DNA from: Cycas panzhihuaensis
Taxonomy: Eukaryota > Plantae > Cycadophyta
NCBI GenBank assembly: GCA_023213395.1
Contig: CM041465.1
Location: 212,233,741 to 212,297,740, forward strand
Direction of reading: 5' to 3'
Length of the DNA stretch: 64,000 nucleotides
Shown: one piece after another, positions 1 to 11,154 of the stretch
Position numbering within the stretch: the stretch's first letter is position 1
Layout: each line of letters begins with the position of its first letter
Position numbers and translations under genes: made by a program
Notes under the pieces: model-generated
The model's input: the letters and a program-made list of their open reading frames with translations, nothing else
The model's database searches: none
Told to the model about the DNA's origin: nothing

Positions 1-840
1 AATTAATGACTGTATATGTGCTTATTCTATCAACCTTATTATAGTTAACTCAACTTAGCTAGGTGGCATACCCTATTCCTAGAGTTAGTTTGATCAGATT
101 ATTGATTATTGGTTACCAAAAGAAAGTTGCAAGTATATATAGATAGAAACATATATATATATATCTTATAGGTAAGAAGTAAGAAAAAATATTTATAAAC
201 TACTCTTGTACAACATATTAGCCTCATAGCTAGACTTGTTATTCTTGTATATAAGAGTCAAGACATATTACTAATATTCTACTAGTATATTAGCCTAATA
301 GCTAATGTTTTTTTATTATTTTTCTTTATATATTAATGAACCATATATAAGAAACACTTCTTAGAGAACTAGTAATTAGAAAGATTAATTATCTATATAT
401 TTTAGTATATGGTTATTACTTTATATGGGCATCAGTAATTATGTTGATTCATGAGATTTTTGAGATGATAGAGATGAAAGTATTGATTTTTACAGCTTTA
501 TAGGTGGAAGATATAAAGTTGTTAAGAAGAGACTTCATATATCATGACATGTTGAGAGTCATGAATTATTGTTTGTTAGTTGATTAATGATGATTTATAA
601 GTGTTTTAGAGGTGGTTAGTCATAGTTGGTCACTGGTTGGTTACATATAAAATAAATTGCTTACAAGAGGTAAGAATGATGAAGATAGGTTATAAGTGAT
701 TCAATTATATAACTTGCTATCAATTTGGATACAGGTTTATAAGGTCTACCATATAATCAATGCATATAAGGAAAATAAAGAATGAATATATAAGAAAAAG
801 TTTGAAGTTAAAGATTGAGGATTTAAAGACTTTAAATATT

Positions 841-849
841 AAGGGGGAG
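841..849 (+). promoter_or_regulatory. Polypurine tract (PPT)
   Basis: AAGGGGGAG immediately 5' of the TGTTGG LTR start. Confidence 0.8.
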
Positions 850-1384
850 TGTTGGAATATGTGATATATTCATATATTTAATGTTTAATGTAATATTATG
901 GTCTCATATTTATCCCACTCATAAAATCATTGATAAGTATGACATAACATATATGTTCATATAATATTCCTATTGGAAAATAAAGAGGTTCAAAGATGTA
1001 ATAGGTTATTTCTGATATGATTAAACCTATAAATATGTATACACACCACTTAATAACTTGATAAAGGATTAATTAAGGAGTGTAAATTCATTTAAAGATC
1101 ATTAAAATAAATCTCTTAACTCCAACCTACTCTGGTGCTTTTTCCCTCCTAGGTTTTCCACATATAAATTTGTTATTTCTTATGGTATATGCTTATTGAT
1201 TTATGTTGATATTAATTATGCTTTATGATTCATTTTATTACTTGACATATTGATCTTACATATTATATTTATGTACATATTACTCATGATATATTAAGAT
1301 TCATAATTAAATCTTCATTGATATGATTCTACTGTATAAATGAGTATATTCTAACATGGTATCAGAGAATAAGAAAATCCAATA
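850..1384 (+). repeat. Family X LTR (divergent subfamily)
   Basis: Starts TGTTGGAATATG and has TATAAATA near 1028. Inner terminus ATTCTAACA ends at 1356, followed by TGGTATCAGAG 1357-1367 and a probable outer terminus AAATCCAATA at 1384, inferred from the other copies. Confidence 0.7.
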
Positions 1385-4125
1385 TACTATTAGAATGAAT
1401 TTAAAATTTTTAATAGAGGTCATCGCTTAATAAGTTAATATTCATAGTATAAATTCTAAAAAGATAAACCACCCACATTTAGAGGAAAATTCAAAGATAA
1501 GGATGAAGTAGAAGCTTACATGATAAATATAAAAAAGTAATTTTGAATTCTCAACTTTGTTTTAAGGGAGAAGTTGAGAATGGTTATTTATAATCTCACT
1601 AAAAGTGCATTACTATCATGGGAGTACTATAAAAGAGTGAAGAACATAAGAAAAAGAGAATTACAATGGAATAGATTCTCCAAGTATTTTAGGTAGAAAT
1701 ATCTTTCTAAGCATTACTCTAAAAAGAAAGTGGAACCCTCTACATGATGAAACAAGGAAAGATGATAGTTAAAGAGTATAAAAGATAATTTATGAACCTT
1801 ATAAAGTATACTCTTTATAGCCATGAAGAAAGGATAAAGGTGAATGGGTTTATAAATGGCTTGAATGAATCTATTAGAGATAGAGATAGAATAAAAATCC
1901 TAGAGCCTAAGACCTTATAAAAGGCAATAAGGAAGGTAAATATTATCAGGACCAAGGGGTAAAGCAATAAGATAGTTACTTAGAAGTATTCAACAAAATT
2001 AAGAGTAATGAAGAAAGGGATTGAGACCTCCTTCTTGATTAAGTATAAAGAATATAAATCAACCTTAAAGTGTACTAGACCCTAGTCATACTTGAATAGG
2101 TTTTCCTAAGGATGCTTTCATTAATTATGGCAAAAAATAATATTATACTTGGGGATTTATAAAGAGGCAAAGTTTATGATAAAATTTCTATAGTATTGGT
2201 ATATAGTCAAGTTTAAATGATGTGGTAAAGGAAAAGGAACCCATAAGAGCATACAATACAATATATAGTCACCAAGCAAATTATTTATTGACTATAGTAC
2301 AAGAAGAAGGTAAAGTCTTTAGCCAAACTATGTTCTTATTGATTGAGTCTAGTAGTAGTCATAATTTTATGTCACTAAGAATTGAAGAAAGGTGTAAATG
2401 AAAGCCCAACAAACATTATTCCTAATGGGTTATATAAATAACAAATGGAAGTACAAGAATCATAGCTAAATTCATTCTAAACTGCAAGTTCGAATAGGAA
2501 GGATTGATTAGTTAGGCTACCTTCTGATTTTTACTACTTGGATACTACGATGACATAAATGCTCTTAAATGATTGAAGATGATTTAAGAAAAAGTTGATT
2601 GCTATAATAAATATATAGAATACTTAAATAATAATGGTTACCCTATACTCATAAAATAAAAGATAGACCCACTATTGTTTAATAAATTTTGGCTATACAG
2701 GTCAAATGAAGCATGTTAAATGGCACCAACATTATGCCACTAATGCTAGAAATGAATGTAGATGAAAGGACTTAAGCTAGAAGATTATTTAATACTATAG
2801 GAATTTTTTGTTGTGTTCCCAAATGAGTTAACAGGCTTGCTACCTAAAAGAGAGGTAGATTATGCTATCAAGTTGATTTTAAGAGTAGAACATATTTTTA
2901 AAGCAACATATCATATGTCAACACAAAAACTAATAGAATTAGGGAAAAAACTATGAGAAGTACTAAATAATGCCTTTATATAACCTAATATATTACCATA
3001 GGGAGAACCCATATTATTCATGAAAAAGAAAGATTGAACATTATAGTCATACATCAACTATTAACAACTAAACAAAGTAATAATAAAGAATAAATACCTT
3101 ACTCCTAAGATTGATTATTTATTAGATCAAATGAGAAGATATAAAGTATTATCTAAGATTGACATGAGGTTAGGTTACTTTGAAATCTAAATCAAACATG
3201 AAGATATTAATAAAATAATATTTTGAACCTAGTATAGAGATATGAGTTTGTGGTATTACCATTTGGCTTAATGAATATTCAAGCTACATTTATATATTTG
3301 ATGAGTAGTGTTTTAAGCATACCTAGATAAGTTTATTCTTATTTTTTTAGATAACATTTTAATCTACTTTAAATTAAAGGAATAATATGGAAAACACTTA
3401 ATAATATTATTACAGCCTTTAGGAAAGCATAAGCTATATGCCAAGTTGAAAAAATATGAATTTTATTAAAAGTAGGTATAATATTAGGTCATGTAATTTT
3501 TCAAGAAGGAATTTTAGATGATCTATAAAAGATCAAGATAATCATTAAATGACATACACCTAAGAACATCTCTAAAGTGAGAATATTTATAGGATTTATA
3601 GGATACTATCAATGGTATGTTAAAGGGTTTTCTAAAATTACCCATCTAATTATCTCCTTGCAAAAGAAGGGGACAAAGTTTGAATGGAGCAATAAATCTA
3701 AAGAGAGATTCCAATAGCAAGAAAAAAGCAAAATCACTTTTGTGCCTATTCTTATTTTACCAAATCCAAATGCAAACTATATGGTGTGTTATAACCCATA
3801 TGTAGAAGGTATTAGTAGAGTGCTCATGTAATAGCAAAAGACTATTTCTTTTGTGTCATACAAATTAAAGGAATACAAAATAAACAACCATATACAAGAT
3901 TTAGAATTAGCCACAATTATTCATACACTAAAAATGTGGAGGCATTATTTGTTGGAAAAGAAATTTTAGATAAGCACTTAACATGATAACTTAGAATATC
4001 TTTTCACATAAATATAGCTAAATTATAGATAAAATAGATGGGTAGAATTATTAAGTATGACTTTAGTATAAAGCATATTAAGTGGAAGAAGAATGAACTT
4101 GCAGATGCACTAAGTGATAGGAGGC
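1385..4125 (+). pseudogene. Decayed Ty3/gypsy (chromovirus/Tekay-like) gag-protease-RT-RNase H, truncated before integrase
   Basis: Manual translation across stops and frameshifts gives: gag 'PPTFRGK..DEVEAYM' ~1465; protease-like 'SSSSHNF' ~2345; RT 'LPKREVDYAIKL', 'PILFMKKKD', 'LNKVIIKNKY', 'SKIDMRLGY', 'EFVVLPFGL', 'LDNILIY' 2835-3370; RNase H 'ELATIIHTLKMWRHYLL', 'NELADALS' 3900-4115. Confidence 0.85.
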
Positions 4126-5476
4126 ATATTGACTCTACCGATGTAATTCAACTAGAATTGAGATTGATATATACCACTTTCACCTATATCAATGACAATT
4201 GACCAAATCTCATATCTACTTAAGTTGATAACATATAACTAGATTTCAAATTGATTAATATCAATAGAAATCAACTACATGTTAAATCAACAAATGTTGC
4301 TTCCATTAGTGCTGTTGAATTAGATTGAAGATGACCATAAAATAAAAGCTAATGGATGATGAATATAAATAAGCAAAGGAATTTTTTAATATGTAAGGTT
4401 GACATGAATAGTTAAATAATAAACTATTGAATAAATATGTAGATTATTAACTATTAGATGATTAATTCCTTTTATTTTGATACTAGGTTTATGTTCCACA
4501 TGATATTGCAATAAGAAATTTAATTATAATTGAAGTTCATGGTGTCTAGTATTCATCAGATCTAAAGAACCATTGATTTAAAGTAATGGATGAAGCATTG
4601 GATGGATTTCCCTTTGTAGACATATACATCCAAACTCAAGAAGTATAAATAGAATGCCAAAATCTAAAACAAAAGGACCAATTCTTAAAAACGTATTAAA
4701 GGTTGAAATGAACTACCATTTCTTTATCTATAAATCAAGTTAACTGTCTCACATTCACCTTTCACCTTTAGTTTACTATGATTAAGGAATAATTAGAGAA
4801 TAATTAAACCTTATGTCCATTTTAATCATAATCTAGAAGGATTAAGTATACAATCACGTACATTTCAATTAATATTTCATAGATAAAAAGCTCTTTGTTA
4901 AAGAAATTATCCAACTAACTAAGGCGGATGCGAGGATGAACGGGAAGGCGGCGGATCGAGCCTCAGACACTAGTGGCTGGGTTACTGAGAGGATCGTGGG
5001 ACGGAGGTGGGGGCACCCCCGGTTAGGGGCATTCAATGGCGTGAGGCTATGCATGAACCAGCGCCATAAGAGATGGTGTAGAGATGGAAGACCCTTCATT
5101 GTCTTTGTCGAGGAGGAAAGATGCCCGTGCAGAGCAAAGAAGGTTCAAGTGGTCTACCCAGTTTGGGTGTGTCTGCATGCACATGCAAGGACAGGGAAGG
5201 TTGATGCATGGTAAATGAAGAGTCTTGCACGAGGATCACTCTGAGTTTGGTATCACCATAAGGATTTGGTGCAAAGTAGTTCCTAGTGAACAAAGAAGCC
5301 CATCTGAGGGTTCTGCAGCCTCAAGAGCTTTTAGCCAAAGGCGTAGTGGTGTGTCCAAGCGGGAACCCCAAGAAGGCGAGTGCTTAGACAAGGGGCTAGG
5401 GTATGCAAAGATGAGGGCCTATTAATGGTGAGTCTCTGTTTCCATAGACTTTATAAGTTTTTCTCCTGCTGTTTAT

Positions 5477-6970
5477 ATGATGCAAACAACTCGAACAGTC
5501 TCGGTCCTCTCCCACGGGAGGACCTACCTTGATGTTTTAAGAAATGGAAACCATGAGGAATAAGAGATTATCCCTATCAAGATTGGAAACAGATTTAAAA
5601 TCTCGATACCTAGAAGTAAATCGAAAAGACCATACAATATTGGGAAAATAGCACAGTAAGTAGGTTTTGGGCCCCTGTGCTGGGGCTGGACATCATTAGA
5701 GAGTGGATTAGAAACAAGTGGAAAACCGAAATCGAGTTCAAGTCATGGTAATGCCTAAGGATGCGTCATTTTTGTTCTCAAACCAGAGGACATGATTTCC
5801 ATTTTACTAAAATCCCCATGGATGTTTGGGAGGAAGGCCATGTCACTTTAGAAGTGGCATCCCGATTTTGATCCGAGCACTCTGTGGTAAAACAAGCCCT
5901 AGTTTGGGTTCGACTACCTAGGCTCCCCTTGCATTTTGGAACCCGGGAGGCGGTCAAAGGGGCAACGAGCGATTGGGCCACTACTAGCTTTAGATTCGGC
6001 CACAAAACATAGATCCGGTGATGAATGCAGATTACGTGTCACAGCGGACTCGATAATGAGCTCCCACATGAGGTAGAGATTGAGTCGGATGGCGGATCTA
6101 TCATCCAAGGTCTATTTTATGAAGTGGAGGGCTTTAGGTGTGCAAAATGTAAGATTAGGGGCATCTCCCTTTCAATGCCGTGGGTTACACGAGGGTGGAT
6201 AATCGGGAGTTAGGGAGACAAAAGCGTAAGAAACCGATAGATTTGGCAAGGATGATATCGAAATGAGAATGACGAAAGAACCGAGATACCAAGTAGGATT
6301 AAGGCATCCAATAGAATTGGGATCAACATGAAAAGCCGTGTTATGGAAGATGAGATGGCTTACGCTTGGTACGCCTGCGAAATGGCGTAATCAAAGCGAT
6401 TCGAGAAGTTGGGGGCAAGGATTCGATGGCTTTGAGGTTGGAAGGGTTTTTCAAAGGTGCGAGAGATAGTTGGTATCCAAGGTTCGATTCTGTCCTTAGA
6501 TATGGAGCGGGGGCCGAGGATGCTAAGGATCAATCATTAGGTCCAGGCGATGGAGGGGAAGGGTTCCCTCCCTATAGCCATTGAGCCACTTTGGATAGGC
6601 TTGTAAAGAACATAAATTAGGAGCTAGAGGACTATTTTTACGAGTGCAAGAGGGGGACCAAGAGAATAGATTCAAGAGGAGGGACAAAGGTGCATTGTAA
6701 CTAAAGGTGGAGCGGGAATAAGGCCTAAAGGTGCAGTTTAGATAAAGGAGGAGGCAAGACACGCAAATGGGTTTCAAAAAGTAATATTTTAGAGGTGAGG
6801 AGGGCCCCAGTTACGAGATAGAAAAGAAGGTAGGTAGACCCCTAAAAGGCTATAAGAGAAAAGGAAACACAAGCTCGAGATAGGCATGGGTCACGGTACA
6901 TTAAAGGAGGGGGAGCATTGGAAGGCCCTAACCTCGGAAGCAAGAAAGGAGGAGGGTGTAGCTCCAAGTC
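5477..6970 (+). pseudogene. LINE ORF1 remnant (DUF4283 + zinc knuckle)
   Basis: MMQ..GRTYLDVLR..RFKISIP; 'ALVWVRLPRLPLHF' ~5897; 'FRCAKCK..GH...C' ~6133; internal stops and frameshifts. Confidence 0.75.
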
Positions 6971-6974
6971 ACCC

Positions 6975-9900
6975 ATGAAGGTCCTATCTTGGAACATTAG
7001 GGAGCTAAATGCTACTTCTAAGCAGAGATTAGTGAGAGACCTAAGGATTAGGATAGAGGCAAATCTTGTTCTATTACAGAGACTAAACTAAAATAGACTA
7101 AGGAAAGAGAGGTGCTTAATAAGATTTGGAGAAGGGAGAGAGAAGGACATGTGTTAGCTTGGCATGCTCTGGGGGCAGCCACACTCTGGAACCCGAATAG
7201 GTGGCAAGGGTATGAGGTGTGTAAGAGTGAGTACTTCATTACCGTTGGCTTGGTCAATGTCTCGACTAACACGGTGTATTGGATATCCAATATCTATGCC
7301 CCCACTACTACTGAGGGCAGGAAGAGATTATGGGATAGTTTGGTGGAGGCCCACAAAGATTGGGAAGGCCCTTGGTTGGTGGGGAGGATTTTAATTCCCC
7401 CTTAAGCCCAGAAGAGAAGAAAGGGGGGCAAGGTGGGTGGACCAGAAGCATGTCTGATCTTGGAGAGTTCTTGCAAAAGGGTGGTTTGATAGATGTTCCC
7501 CTTGGGGGAGCTAGGTATACCTGGTCCAACAGGCGGTTAGGCCATAGCCACATTCAGTGTAGAATGGACAGGATGTTAACAAATTATGAGTGGGCCTGCT
7601 ATTTTGAAGGAATTCGGTGGGAGGCCCTTCTGAAATCTGGGTCGGATCACTCTCCTCTTTTACTCGAGGGTTCCACCCCAGTTTTGCATAAGCGAGCGCC
7701 TTTCTGATTTGAACTCATGTGGCAGAAACATCCGGATCTGAGAGGGAGGATCGACGATTGGTGGGGAGTCCAAGTATAGAAATTTGTGCATGTATAGGTT
7801 CTCGAAGAAGTTGAATTGGTTCAAGCAACAAATTAAGACACAGAGCAGGGAAGTCTTTGGAAATATTTTCAAAGATAAGGGGCCCTATTGGTGGAGCTAA
7901 AAGGGATTGAGGGCGGGATCCAGTTGAGGGTAAAACCCTAGATTTAAATCAAATTGAACATTCCACCTCCAGAAACTAGAGGAGGTCTTTGGAAAGGAGG
8001 AAATCTTTTGGAAGCGAAATCAGAGGAAGCAGTGGATAAGGGAGGGGGATAGAAATACTAAGTTCTTCCACCTGTGCACTATGAGGCACAGGGCTCATAA
8101 CAGGATTAGTAAAATTCGTAACAGGGATGGGGTTATGTATGAGGCAGAAGACGAGATTGGAGGAATTACAATGGATTACTTCAAGGAGCTATACACTAAA
8201 CCAGGATGTCAGGATCCTGATATAAGGGCAGCTCTCTTGAAATATATTTTGAAAGTGATCACTGAGGCCCTAAACAACAAACTGACAGAACCTTTCTCCC
8301 AGGAGGAGGTCGAGAGGGCCTTATTTAAGATGGGTAGGGATAAGGCTCTAGGGCTGGATGGGTTCCCTCTAGGATTTTTTCAAGAATACTGGGAAATAAT
8401 TAAGGATGATCTAATCTTAGCGCTTAATGAATTTTTCCTAAGACGCACTATTCTGAAAGAGTGGCAGGCTACCTTCTTGGCCCTGATCCCGAAGAAGGAG
8501 GGAGTGGATGTCATGGAGGATTTTAGACCGATTAGCCTGTGTAACGTAAAATACAAGATATTGGCTACGGTGTTAGCAAATCATCTAAGGGAGACCCTCA
8601 CTGGCGATTATTTCTCCTAACCAAGATGGTTTTGTTAAAGGAAGACAAATCACGGATGGTATTATTATCGTCACGAAACCCTACACTCGACTCTTCATTG
8701 CAAGGAAGCGGGTATGATAATTAAAACAGATATGTCCAAAGCCTATGATCATGTGGCTTGGGACTGTCTACTGGAATGTCTTGAGGCATTCGGTTTTGGG
8801 GAGGTTTGGAGGGACTGGATGAGATGTTGTATATCCAGGGTATCTTTTTCAGTGTTGATAAACGGGAGGTCAGCTCCCTTCTTTACTGGATCTAGGGGCT
8901 TAAGGCAAGGTGATCCTCTCTCTCCCTTTCTATTCATTATTATGGCAGAATTGTTAGGTAGGGTGACTATGGAGGCCCAGCGGACAGGGAGGTTAACTGG
9001 TTTGAGAGCTTCCTCCAATTTGGACAATATTGTGCATCACCAGTTGTAGACGACAACATTTTTCTGTGCAGGGCCTCCCTGGGGGAGGCCAGGGCTTTAA
9101 AAATAGGTTTACAAGCTTATGAAAGGGCAACAAACCAAAAAATCAATTTGGGTAAAAGTTTGGCCTTTTTTATTAATACTCCAGAGAGGCAGCAAAGAAG
9201 AATCAGCAGGGTTCTAGAGATTGCCAGAATCCCCCTCCCTAGTTCATACGTAGGTATGCCATTTTCATGGGAAAGAAGGTGAAGGATCTGTGGGATCCGA
9301 TTGTGAGCAGATTTAATAGAAAGTTGGCGGGATGGAAAGGGGCTCTTCTCAATTGGGCCAGAAAATACGATTAGTGGTGACCTCCCTGCAGAGTATCCCG
9401 GTCTATCATATGACAATTTTTAAAATGTCGAGTAGGGTTATCTCCATTCTGGAAGGAATTATGAAGAGATTTCTTTGGTCAGGAGCCAAAGACAAGAAGA
9501 GAGTCCACCTAGTGTCCTAGGAGAAGGTTTGTAAGCCTAAGTGGGCAGGAGGTCTCAATGTTAGAAGGCTGGGCCTCTTTAATAAAGCTCTTTTGGCAAA
9601 AATTGGGTGGAGACTCATAAAAGAAGCTGGTTCAGTTTGGGGCAGAATCATTACAAGAAAGTACTTTGGGAACAATCTTTCTTTGATGGAGGAGGGTCTC
9701 TGCTTAGAAGGCTCCCCTATTTGGAGGGCCATAAGGACCTCGAAGCCCCTCCTGCGGGCAGGCACACGTTGGAAATTGGGGGACAGAGAAAGCATCAGGT
9801 TCTAGGAAGATTATTAGTGTGGGCACTCTAAATTAGAGGAGCTGCCTAATATCGGTATTATGAAGAGGGAATGTGTGAACTGCTATGGTATTCTTATTAA

Positions 9901-11154
9901 GGATTCTTTGGGTAGGGCAAGGTAAGGATAGGTGATGGAGATCCTTGAGGAGTTACAAGGTCTAGAGGAGGAGACCCACAGTGAAAGGGTCTTGGAAAAC
10001 TAGTACACCCAGAAATAGCATGTGCTTAACACTCTGATATGGCCCCTTCGTCCACGTGTTCATATGCCATTAAGGTGGGTACAATCGATGATGAGTAGGA
10101 AGGTTGGGAAAGGAATGATCTTCTAGCGAGGGGTTTGGAAGCTAGGAATTCTCCCAAAGATAGCGACTTTTAGTGGACATGCCTTCAAAACAAATTACTA
10201 ACATTGGATAATCTCTCGAAAAGGGGCTTTTAGATGGTGAGCAGGTGCGTGCTATGTAAGATGGAAGTAGAAACATTTGATCACTGTATTCACTACCCAT
10301 ACACTTTTGGAATTTGGAGTGATATTTGGGCCGGTGAGATAGTTTGGGTCTCCTCAAAATCCCTAAAAGACTAATGGATAGCATGGATTTCTCCTTTCAA
10401 AAATAAAACCCTTGGTAGCCTCTAGAAGATGATCCTTCCAAAGAGGCTCTTAGAACATTTGGAAAGAACAAAACGGAAGGATTTTTAACGGCAAAGAGAA
10501 GGATAGCCAAATTGCCTTGTTGAGATCGGGAAGGAATCTCGAAATGATGGTTACCCCAAAGGAGGATAGGATCCCCAAGGTAGAAGAAGGCATTATTGAG
10601 GACTAGGGTATAGTACCTCCAAAGGGAGGCGGAGAGAGGAGAAGAGGCGCTAAGTGGAGCCCTCCGGATACATCATGGGAAAAATTAATTTTGATGGAGC
10701 GGCCAAAGGTAATCCACGGGAGGCGGGAGGAGGAGGCCTATGTAGGTAATTTGAAATAGGCTCTTGCAGTATCTTAGTCGCCAATTGAACCGTAAGCTAA
10801 GGTTCGAGGCCATCTTTGAGTGTGACAACTCAGATGGATGAGGAGGATATGCAGAAGGTGATCATAGAGGGTGACTCTATGTATGTCATAAAATGTTTAA
10901 GAGGGGAAGCGGATCCTGGGTGGGATAATATAGACATTTTTAGGGATGTTCAGGATATTTTGAGCTCCAAAATTGGTGTCTAGATTCAGCACATTTATAG
11001 GGAAGGAAACTCGGCTGCAGACTGGCTGGCAAACTGGGCTGTGATAAATAAAAGAACTAAAGTTTGGAAAGAAGACTTCTTGGAAGAGTTATTGAGACTG
11101 GTTAGGGCTGATGCACATATGGGGGAGGTAGGCAGGGAGTATAAGGATCTATAG
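6975..11154 (+). pseudogene. LINE ORF2 remnant (AP endonuclease, reverse transcriptase, zf-RVT, RNase H)
   Basis: MKVLSWNIR; NIYAP; EDFN; SDHSPL; FRPISLCNVKYKI; KTDMSKAYD; GLRQGDPLSPFLF; RNase H NFDGAAKGNP..GGG, IIEGDS, HIYREGNSAADWLAN. Confidence 0.92.

Larger units (their letters stand above)
1..1384 (+). mobile_element. 3' part (internal region + PPT + 3' LTR) of a non-autonomous LTR retrotransposon, family X, inserted into a Ty3/gypsy gag
   Basis: 1-840 is similar to 38930-39600, 41170-41850 and (reverse) 26160-26900. PPT AAGGGGGAG at 841-849 abuts the LTR start TGTTGGAATATGTG at 850. Gypsy gag motifs begin ~70 bp after the LTR end. Confidence 0.75.

Noticed and set aside
1357-1367. PBS of the downstream gypsy element (850-1356 as its 5' LTR)
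   Set aside because: The same 11-mer lies inside 3' LTRs of family X, the LTR is preceded by a PPT and family X internal sequence, and gag follows with no room for a leader
4127-4340. TCAA/TTGA-rich motifs (also 12215-12335) as DNA-transposon subterminal repeats
   Set aside because: No TIR or TSD could be identified
4936-5425. Upstream ORF0 in the LINE-A leader
   Set aside because: No visible peptide conservation with the leaders of LINE-B or LINE-C
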